Assembly: GCA_002633005.1 (NCBI GenBank)
Contig: NMRA01000062.1
Location: forward strand, 605,981 to 669,980
DNA from: Phoronis australis
Taxonomy: Eukaryota > Animalia > Phoronida
Length of the DNA: 64,000 nt
Reading direction: 5' to 3'
Notes under the pieces: generated by a model
What the model saw: the letters and a program-made list of their open reading frames with translations, nothing else
What the model was told of the DNA's origin: nothing
Databases searched by the model: none
Program-made: the position numbers and the translations under genes
Shown here: positions 52,991 to 64,000 of the stretch, piece by piece
Position numbering within the stretch: position 1 is the stretch's first letter
How the letters are laid out: each line of letters opens with the position of its first letter

Positions 52991-55900
52991 TAGATAGCGC
53001 CGCAGACCAGACTTACAATCTTTGTGATTTAAAGCGACAATAACCCGCGTTCATTCAAAAAACTTTGATACAAACTGCTTACCACCATCAATTTGGTCTA
53101 AACGTGTTCTTTAGTCAGATGAAAAATGATAAGTCTTGTATATAATTGTAAAAACTGGCAATTTATGATTGCCATCATTGACCAAGCTGGTGAATAAAAT
53201 GGCAGGAACTGCCACTTTAAGCATTGGAACATACAGCCAACCTCCTCAACATAAAAATCAGTTAACAATGGTCCTAAAACGAAAACATTCATCCACAATT
53301 AGTATGTTTCTTTTACTGACTTCACTATTCAAGAAAGTCAACCTTGCTTTACTATTCTTTGGCAAATGCACAAGGCACTATATACAATTGTTTATCTAAC
53401 AAAAAGAAGTAAGAAAATAACAGAACCTCCATGTTAACTTTTTTCAATTGTCATGATAGTTTACAGATAAATACCCAGTCTAATGACATGAATGCATGAT
53501 TGGGAGTTTAGCCTAAGCCAGGAGTCATTTTGTTAATAGTGAATAACATGCAATTACACAAAGTGCAAAGGTCTTTAAAGGCCTTTTCATACTGACTTAA
53601 CTCTGGTCTCAGGAGAATGTCAACATAAACTGGGAAGTTAACTAAATGGCTCATACCAGCTAGGGTAGTTAACGAACATCCAAGTAAATGTAGGTGACAC
53701 TGTCATCAAAGTAATCACAAGGTAGCACTGCATGCTAAGATTTTTTTAATATGACAGTTATGGGAACATTTATAAGTGCTACTTGGCATAAAACTTATTA
53801 ATCGACCAAAATATAAGCAACTATCAGTGATGACACTATCTTTTAATTGTTGACGATAACAGTGGCACCTGGCGATAACTTCGATGGGACCGAAGTTGAC
53901 CGTTCATGCTGCACCGCAGCGTCAACGCTCCACTATCAACTCCACCTGTTTACTGCGACATTAACTAGCGCTGTTAACTTCGATCCAAGACCGAAGTTAA
54001 ACGCTCATACTGACCACAACTTCCCATAACAATGACAGGTAGACATTAGTATGAAAGGCCATTAAAAAACTGCACTGGAGTTAAATACCCTGCAGAGTGT
54101 TGTAATTAATTCCCAGGGGTATAAACTACCATATGGACAGTCCACAGTTCACTGACTGCAAGTTCATTGCCATGTTGACTGCCTAATAGACCCTTGAGGT
54201 ATCAGCCCATGCTGGTTGCTTCATAATGTAAGGCAAGGTTTTTCAGTTATATCAAAGGTTTTTAAATTTCCATAATTACTAGGACAGGTCAGTGTAGCAG
54301 TGTATTGGCTGACTAAAACAGGTCATGTGTGTGCACAACCTGGGCCTTATCCAGGTATGTTTGAGTATGGACACTCCACTTTAAGTTGGGCACCTAGTAC
54401 TAGTGAAAGTTACTCTGGGCTGTGTGTGGACAGGACTTGATACTTTAAAGCTCAGTGGGACAAGTGAAAAACCACCTGTCCCTCCAATCTCAGCTTTTCA
54501 CATTATTTATATCTGCAGCTATCTCAGTTTAACAATGGTAAACATTCTGTGACTGACAGGTGAATGGCAATTAAAGGGCTAGAATGGTGCTCTCAGGAGT
54601 TATGGCAGTGAGAAAGTGACTTCCACTTCATCCTGACTCAGATTCAATGGACAGAAATACACTACGACACGACACGGTGGTTCATTAATTCAAAAAAACA
54701 GGAATAAATCCTACTGTTAAACCCTCCCATTGTTTGATTACGTTAAGTTCAGTAACTTATTTTCACATTTTGACATCAGCTAGGATCGAAATTTTCCCGC
54801 TTCATTAGTCACAGTCACTGACTGAGCAGCCGCAGGTTCTTCTTTCATTGCAGTGAGAATTGAGAAATACATGTGACATGATATCCTTCATCCCTCAAGG
54901 TTTGCCGTTCTCTGTAAGACCCCACTGCACATCAGTGAAAATTTACCAGCATTCTAAAAAGCAGGAAAGGTCAATACCAGTAAGATGAACCCCCTCCCTC
55001 CTGTCCACATTACATGGGTTCTGTAGGAGGTGCTGAACACCTGTCCACCAAAGACCTGATAGCCATCTGGCGGGATAGTGAATTTCAAAATGGCGCGGCT
55101 ATTTAAAAAATTAGCAATTACAGGGCAAAAGATCACCCTGTATTTACCTACAATGCCACAATATCCGTCAAACACTTTTGTAGCCTCGTTTTAAACCATG
55201 GAGTTCAAACGCGTTCTTTATTGTTGTCATATTCTTTAGAAGTTTTATCAGCTGAAGTACTTCGTCCTTCCAATGATGTATTTACTGCTATGCAGTAGAC
55301 AGCAATTACCGATGGGAATGAGCTTGATTAATTTGACAAATATCTGTGGTTGCGTGATGTTAAGTTCTTCGCCTTCCAGATATCAATCACAGGCAAGAAA
55401 AGGCAGAGCAAGTTCGTCAGGTCATTTTGGACCGATCAGAATTTCTTATCTCGAAGATACCTTGCAATTCCAGTAATTCAAATGATTGAAATCGAACGCC
55501 TATAACAATGTAACGGATATTCACAGAAGGTGGCACAATGTTTTGAAACAAATTGGAATATGTGTCCAATTTGCAGTCTAAAAATTTTCATCTAGAATAG
55601 AATGACCTCTGAAATCAAATGTATGAAACATTCACTCTTTTTAATAAGCGCAAGTTTCAGTATTCCAAATTTAAAGAGCTGTATTTCACCGCTGTTCAAC
55701 TCTCATAAGTTGAAGCTTTCAATACCGATACTTTCGATTGGTTGAAATCGGGATGCATCCATAGTCAAATACCTTGACAACATGACCTGTAAAAATGTGC
55801 TTGACATTCCAAAATCCAGCATGCGCTTTCTCAACTCCACGCAAAGGAGAGTTCTGTAGCTATGTATGAGCATTTTTGGGAGGGTCTCATTGAATCACAA

Positions 55901-58900
55901 CCAAAAATGCCTCTGGTGCCATTCATAAGGGTTTTAGGAACTAGTCTCTTACTAAATTTATGTGACCAGTGATTTAACACTAGAGGATGTTCTTAGCAAA
56001 TGTTAGAACAACCACTGCCAGTCTTACTCGTCAAATGAGCAGCCCACATAACAATATCCAACCATGATCATATTCTAACTCACGCATGCTATTTTATATT
56101 ACAGAGCACTTAAATTTGCTTAACACCGGCACATTGAGTACAAAGTTTCAAGTCTAAAACTATGTTACACAGAGTTAACGAGGCACGCTAATTAGATTTG
56201 TTTTGTAATTAATGAAAAACTCAACTGCAGACAAACACATGTATAACTGGGACTGTTCTTCGCTACTCAGGGTGCTGCTACAAGGCATTTTTGTTGGGCA
56301 ACCTTTGGTTTAAATGAAAATACTTTACATTTTGATATAACAAATTTTGTGTCAATATGTATTTCAAGTGCTATTAATGGCATTGATTATTAGGGACAAC
56401 TCCCATTTTTATGAGGTATTTAATTCTTTTGTATCAAAGACTTTTAGCACCAGTTCAGTAATCATGTCGTATCTTTTGAATGAATATATTTCCTACCCGC
56501 CACTGTACTTTGAGAAAGAGTTTGAAAACAGCTGTGCAAGGATTAAACTTAATACATTTTCAAATCCTGTTTCATGTAAAAATTGTAACACAGGCTTTCC
56601 AATGGGTTATCCCGTGCTGTTGAGTTATCTACAGCTTACAGTCACTATCGACACAAAGTAGACGCTTCTTCAAAAAATTAATGTTTGAAGAAACATTTGC
56701 CAGTAGGACTCCCTTATTTTGAGGATTTACTGGCTAGATCACAAAAGTGGCTTGCCAACATGAGGCCAGAGGTCAATTAAGTGTGAAGTCTGGATTTCCT
56801 GGGCTAAATAGGGTAGTGAGGAATTGCCATACCTATTAGTAAATCTACTGGACAATACAGTAGGTCACATCAGTGATTCATTAACACCGTCAACAGCTAC
56901 CCCACAGACAGAACAGAGATTGGGATGAGTGATAGCATGTTGATAAAGTCTGGGTAAGATGAACCACACTGTGGTCTAGAGTTGAGACAAAAGGCATGAC
57001 TGACTCATAGACCTGGATAAAACCAAGGAGAATGGAGTTGAATTGAACAAGTGCTCAGGAGAGTTACCAGGGTGCCAGAAGTTCCCCATGGGTATATATT
57101 GATTAACACATAAACATGCTTCATATTTAATGAATTTCAATCCAATGCACTTACATCATAGGCTCATTTGGCTCAAAACGAAACAATGTCTGTCTGTAAC
57201 TTACACTACCCACAGGCAAAAGGCTGAGAGCAGAGAGTTTGCCAGCAGAATATAATACAGATACCTTATGTAGTTCTAATCTAACTCCAACTGTTGACAA
57301 GGCAATGGCAGGCCAAGAGTAGGTCTGCTGTCAAAACAAGCAATAACACTATATCCTCAGATGGAACACTGTCAGCTACACCAACAAATAACTTTTTTGA
57401 AGCTGATTATCTCCCTCTAAAGTCATTGGGAGAGGTTTTGTGTTTGGTAACAGCGTTTGCCTGGCAGTCAAAACACCTCCTCCTTAAGTCAGAATTTTTG
57501 ACAGATCCCCCATCACAAAACAAATGTAGGTAACATTTTCAGTCTTGTATTATTCTTGGTCTATAAACAATTTCACCATACCACGGACATAAGCAAGAAA
57601 ACAAGGTGGAAAAAGTAAAATCCAAGTAGAAAAGTGACCTCACTCGTTTCACTTGTACCGGCATTGTAGTGAGCGGATGTTTGTTAGTCACTGCTTTTTA
57701 CAAACAAATATCCAGGAATACAAGCGGCAAACATCCGCAGCACGTAATTTTGAACAGACACTTCCGCCTGTGTCGAGTGCTGCATATACTCAAATGGAAA
57801 AAAGCCAATGGCATTTGAATAGTGGAATTCAAAATTAGGAGATACGAAGCTCAGCAGAAGTATATTAAAACATCCAGGGTTTGGACATTTACCTGAAAAG
57901 TCATTTTGGGAAAATACGAAACCAAGTACAAGATTCAATTAAGTTGGGGGCATCTTCTTGTGAAAATAACCCAAGGTTCCCCTGACAATGAAAGTTTGTT
58001 ATTCTCAGGTAAGACAGAGTTTATGATAAAAATTCTCCACTTTAGGATAGTGACTATATTTTGTACCAAATTTTAGAAATCAACGTTATTGATTGTCCCA
58101 AATTCAAGGTGGCTGTCATGGTTTTATTAACTGCCAATTCTATTATTGATATAAAATGCCGTTGGAGAAATATGATAACTGCCAAATTCGCCCACGTACC
58201 ACTTTTCACAATAAACAAAAATCAATTTCGACTTGAATTCCGGCAGATCCCATGCATGTCACAAACTGAAAAAGTTTTTATAGTACAGAGTGGGAGTTAA
58301 GATTATGGACAGTCACTAACACACCAAGGTTTTCGAGGAAGTTCTGGTGGTATAAAGTAGAGGTGGGTCTTACTAAGCACGGGCTAAAATGTGGAAATTT
58401 GGAAATTTCGTAGTTGGGCATGAAGGGGGGGTGGGGGGTAAGCAGGGCAACAGTAATAAGAATTTAGACTTTTTTGAGTAGGTTGTGAACTGATTGATTC
58501 ACGCAGCAAGTGATTCGCAGCCGTTGGCGAGTAACAGATTGGCACAATTGATGTGATGATTCTAGTCTGCAAAAATGTGGCTTTGAATCTTTATAGCAGA
58601 GGTATTTCCAGCCCATGTTGACTGTAAAACCCATTAAGACCTGATGCTGGATAAACACAGACCACTTTCAATTAAAAAGATATTTTCATTGCTGAGAGAG
58701 AGAGAGTTTTGTAAGAGTGAGATCACTAACACATAAGGCTGTCAGTAAACAGGTGGTTAAAAACGAGAATAAGGTCAGATCATCAAAATGTCCTTGATCA
58801 CCTTCCTGTTTTCCATTGTTCAGTAAAGCAAACTGGTGGAAATGTGCATTGTTTAGAAAAACAAAGAAAACAGATGAGTTCTAGACTAACAGAAAAATAT

Positions 58901-60653
58901 CATAAACACAACAAATCACACATGGAAGGATTGAACAGTTGATAAATCGAGTCAAAATTCCTTTAGGTAAGGTTCCTTGAAGTGAGGACAAGAACTGAAG
59001 AAAACTGATAATAAATTGAAAAACTATTGAACTTCTGACATAGCAGATGACAGTACACAGCAGCAGTAGCTGGTCTTATGGTAAGATGCCGAAGGCTCTG
59101 CTTATTACTTGTCTTGGGACATTTCATCTATCTAGGGGCTGTTTCATGAACATGAATTTGGTCTACCACTCTCACTTAAAAATTGCTGAAAAAAGTCAAG
59201 CTAAGTAATAGTTATTGGTGCACGACAGTCTTACAAATAACTTGTTGAAATTAAGTCAAAAACTACTTGGTTAATTTATGTATGTTAGTCCGATTGCGTT
59301 TCTGCTCAAGTCACATTGATTCTTTACTTTTCACAATTAGTTGTGCGATGCGCAAGACCAAAGTTAACATGTAACGTTAGTCTTGTCGTAAGTTACTTTT
59401 TATGAAACAGATCCAAGGACTCACGATTCTGTTCAAGCTTCAACGGAGCCCCATTAGAAGGAGACCAAGCTTTTCACATTCACGCTATAATAGCCAGACC
59501 TAAATCTTTACGGTTATACCTTAGGTGACCAACAAAATAACTTACAAAGACGTTGGAAACTGGCAGATATCCGTCTCTTTAGCTTCTTTATTCGACTCAG
59601 ACCAGACTTTTCTGGAAAAAGAAAACAAATCGGATAAAAATAGCCAAAATAACAGTAGGTACTGTGGGACAATCATACATGAAGCAAACAATCAAGACAA
59701 GAACACTGGCAACTAATTACCGTATCATACATTGGAAGTTGTAATATGCCAGAAGACATGTCAAGCTTAGGTTATAGCGCCTTCCAAACACAGACTTAAC
59801 CTGGAAATTTTATTCCTGGAACAAGTTGTAGCTTTGTTTGGAGGCTGTGTGAACGCTTTCTAAATTTGAGTGCCACTTAACCCAATAGTGACAGCATACT
59901 CCACCTTACGGAGGTAGGTTAACTCGATTTAGGGTAACTTGTGCCATTTCTAATTTCTCTGTAGCCGCAAACGTGTGGCAAGGCAGATGTAACAACTGCG
60001 GTTATAGACGAGTCTTCTTTTGTGGCCCATCTTCGCATTACCTGTCCATTCTCCTCCACAAAGCGACAACTTCCGTCTTACCCCAGTTATCAGATGTGTG
60101 TGCGCGGACGCTACACTTAAAAGTGGAGCAAGTCGCATTAGTGCGAGTTGTTCTGGGGTAGGCTGTGTGTGGGACTTTGATGCTGGTTGGTGAAGGGCAT
60201 TATCTGAATAATAAACTGTGTCACGTCAATAGCTCCTCTTGATTTCGTTTGAAATCTGACACAAGATCAGGAGATGTGGCAATATAGCACCACAGTTCTT
60301 TAAGGGTCTTTTCTAAAATTTGGAATGAGGTTAGAACTCGCCAAGCGCTATCTGGAGCATGCCTACTATTTTCGCTGCTTTCAAGTTGCTCGGCATTTCA
60401 AGACGAATGCTCTTTTGACCTCTTTCTCACTACACTTTGGTTGTTTTACCATGGATAGTGTCTGTCACGATCAATCATCATCATCTCATCATCATCATAA
60501 TGGTCCCCAATTATCACCATTATCAGTGTCAGCAAAACACTGCAGTATTAAATCTCCGTCTGTATATAACACACAAATTGTTACAGTACATGGTGCTTTA
60601 ATGAAACAAGAACTACACCGTTGTCCAGTTACTCACGGTTCTGAAACACACAC

Positions 60654-60721
60654 ACAATTAAAGATTGTTGTGGGTGACACATTTTTATAAAAGTGTGTCA
60701 CCTACAACAATCTTTAATTGT
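60654..60721. repeat. 68-bp near-perfect palindrome
   Basis: Arms are complementary except at two positions, with no spacer. Confidence 0.9.
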
Positions 60722-63044
60722 CATTCTCTTGCCATGCAATTAACCATGCCAGATACTTGGACCTCACAGGTAATACGGAGGCCAATGTGGCACTTCCAGG
60801 ATCCTGACCAATGACGTAAATGAACTACAATAACTAATCATTAATTACATGGCTAGGAGCCATGTCTAGTCAGGGTTCCACACTTAGCATTTCGGCAACT
60901 CGCCAAATGCGATCTGGTAAAATTCCCAGGTTGTCCGATCAGGACTTAGGTCGCCAAAAAGAAAGAAACGCGAGTGAGAGGTTGCGAAGGTCCTGGCCCT
61001 TACAAATGACACATAGTTGGCAAAAGCCAGAAATGAAATAAATGAGATAATTGAAGAACCAGCGAACACAGCAAGTGTCCACTGAGGCACCTGAGATCAC
61101 CCACACCGAGTTTCTTTTACTTGAACGAAAAATAAGGAGTGTCTCGCGTATTCGGCAAGAGCCAATTTCCCTCTTAGGCCCAATGTCCCACAGAGACCGA
61201 GACACCTTTGCCTGCCCTACTGTGCCAGTGCGTAAAAAATTTGAAAAAAGCATATAATGTGTAAGTTTCGAAGTGTCTGTGAATTAACAGAAAGGAAGAT
61301 AGAGATGTAAAAACAGCCCCCAATCACAACCAGGTTTAGATTTTTGCTCAGGAATGGCACTGACATGACATTCTTTGCTGTAAACAATTGCCTGTACCCT
61401 TTAGTAGAAAATGGTGATCCCATCAGTTCCTTAGAATTGCATTTCTTAATATTACTTGGTAACAATTCCATTAAAGACTTGTTTCTTCAAATACTAGTCC
61501 TCAGTTCTTTAATCGTAATTTTGATTTGGCAGCTACAAACAGAACAAGAGGTAAAGATAAAAATTGTTCAAATCTCACTGTCAGTGATACCTTTATTACA
61601 ATGTCTCATACTGAATTTTAACAAAAGTGCTTGAGAACTATAAAGTCAACACAATGCGCATGTCCCTAATCAATACAGTCATTTAGCTAAGTGTGATACA
61701 TTAATATGAAAGGTAATGACCTATCAACTGTTAAAGAAAAAGGTAATATCATATTCCTCTGGGGGTCATCTCTGGGGGTAATCCCCATGCCCACCTCTAG
61801 ATTATGTTTGCCCCCTAATCACTCCGCTCCCAAAAGTTGTCATAAAAATTCTCAAATTTGGGGCCCTGAAAAATTAATTACTTAATGCCCGAGGTTGGAG
61901 TTGGTCCCAAATTCTGGAAATACGTTGTATTGGCCATCCCAAATTCAAGAATCATAGTAACGATGGCAAAATTACCCACTCACTAGATAGAACACACAGT
62001 GTCCCTAATTTGAGAAATAATGCAAACGCCTAAATTGCCCTGGTTTCATATTCCAGAATCAAAAAATTTAATTTTTACATGAGTTTCCTTGAACTCCAAA
62101 TTCTAGAGGCTGTCCCAAGTAGGAGAATTTTTATTGCAAGCACCAAACACAGTTGAGCACAAGCAATAGTTGACTTTACAATACTCCAACATTTATTCCA
62201 ATTTTCTGTCCTCCCAGCCTCCATTAGAATACGAATCCAGTGCAGTGGTTTTGCACGAATCATCAGACTTCACAACAGCGCAGGTTTAGTAATTTGTGGA
62301 GGACAAGTGCAATCCCTCGACTAGATTGCCATCATGAAGGAATATAACAAGTGTGCTTGAAGCTTTTAATAAGTGGGTTTATGAACACCACTCTTAACAG
62401 TTGTGACACCAATGAGGATTATGGCTGTATCAGCATCTATAGATCCCACTCAATACTACAGCAAAGTATAGTCACCAACTCAGTTAATAAGAAATGCAAT
62501 ATTACTTTTAAGGAGTAAAAACAGTGCCACAGACCTGAGTGAAAAGGTTCCACATAGTAAGCTCCTACACTCTCCTTTGCTCAAAACACAACAATGGTAA
62601 ATACATACAGTAACAGGAATTTTCAATTTGTTCAAGAACTAAGTGACAAAAAACTGTTGTTCTTCAGAACGCATGGGCAACATTTCGACAATACACTGAT
62701 TGATCATAACAAGACTTGTGGTAATACCACTTCGAATTATCACTACACCTTTCCTGCCATTTAATGACCTGTGATAAGACAAGTGTTGTTTACATGCTGA
62801 ATCACTGTTTATTTATAAGTTGTAGATTATAACTGATGAAGTGGCGCTTCAATCCCCATAGTATAAATTGCTGACTCCATGCCAGTACCCTCCACAAAGG
62901 GACTTCCCTAGTTATGATACTCCTGGAACTGGAGGTGTGGTTTAGGTTGGGGGAGGGGGGGGGGGGCTGGAGATTTTAGAAGAATACCAAATCTGGTTTT
63001 GGCCTACTAACTATGGAAAGCTAAAGTGGAAAAATTTTCACTGT

Positions 63045-63666
63045 AAATTTTCTATTTCAGAATTGAATTCTCTGTAGGACCAAACAATATACCCAAATAA
63101 AAGATTTATCACATCAGAGCTTATAATTTATCACATTGGAGCCAAAATTTTATGTCAGGACCAAAAATTTATCACGCCAGAACACAAAATACATCACGCC
63201 ATGGCATAGCATTTCGTGCCAGAAGAAAATTTCTTGCCAGGAGAAAATTTCATGCCAGGAGACCACGACAATGAGGATTCACTGTGCCTCTGTAATACTC
63301 AGCCATATTCAAGTCTAGTGTATCCCAGTGCACAATTTGGCTTCTGTTGTAAAACATGGAAGAGACAACAGAAATTCAACCTCAATGCCACATAACATGA
63401 CTGCCCTGGGCAAAACATTGTGTACCTACTAGTAATCTCTTTGAGGGGTCATTCTCTTCCTGACAAACTTACTTGACAGTCAAATTTTCCAGACTAGTCA
63501 AATTTTCCCGACATAATAAATTTTGTGTCCTGCTGTGATAAATTTTAGACCCTGATGATTAAAATTTTGCTCCTGACCGATAAATTATAGGTCCCAGCAC
63601 GATAAACATTGCTTTTGAGTATATTTTTTGGTCTTGCAGCGAATCAAATTCTTGAATAGAAAATTT
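63045..63666. mobile_element. Old long-TIR MITE with internal ~21-bp subrepeats
   Basis: The left end attttctatttcagaattgaattctctgtaggaccaaacaatatac is the diverged reverse complement of the right end; aaatttatc...cagga subrepeats. Confidence 0.65.
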
Positions 63667-64000
63667 GTCCAGGAATTTCTTCTGCATTGGCTTCCCATAA
63701 TTAACAGATACTGAAAATCACTTCCCCATCAATTTCTCTGAAAAAAATTAATGCTCTGTAACCCTCGATAACCCTCAGAAGTTTTTAGGAAAATTTGAAA
63801 GCCCCTTTTAAAGTCTGCTAAATGGGCTGACACGTGACCTGCCTTTTTAGTGAATTACACACCACTGTACGAAAAGACCACCTAGCAATAACTATAATAT
63901 CCAATGTGTGGCAAAGGGAGCATGAATGTTTAGTTGATTACAGCTTTTAACTTTCAATGACGCCTATTTACTGGTGACACAACGACGATTGGTTGAAATC

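Noticed and set aside
60884-61253. Overlapping ORFs as the possible missing CDK14 first exon
   Set aside because: No homologous motif and no good donor site.

Overview
Eukaryotic, AT-rich, repeat-dense DNA, probably from a heterozygous invertebrate draft assembly (one 259-N gap plus single Ns at 21810 and 39255). Most ORFs in the six-frame track are spurious, and the real genes only appear after splicing. Two convergent genes were reconstructed by hand. (1) On +, a 99-aa NDUFA4-family protein most like NMES1/C15orf48, with coding exons 1220-1294, 3206-3349 and 4337-4417. (2) On -, a PFTAIRE kinase (CDK14/15, Drosophila Eip63E type) with 14 phase-consistent coding exons from 36083 (or a second copy at 39715) down to the stop at 9177. 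It has a candidate first coding exon at 46499-46535 (472 aa in total) and a probable 3.9-kb 3'UTR. Its introns hold hAT-, Harbinger- and Kolobok-type MITEs, a foldback element, LINE relics and minisatellites. The most notable items are a 2.6-kb duplication carrying an identical 44-nt frame-shifting CDK14 exon (probably two haplotypes joined at an N, one carrying a THAP/Kolobok-like insertion), tandem in-frame splice donors in the kinase C-lobe, a possible recursive splice site, and two near-perfect palindromes. I found no convincing evidence of a wholly new biological system.
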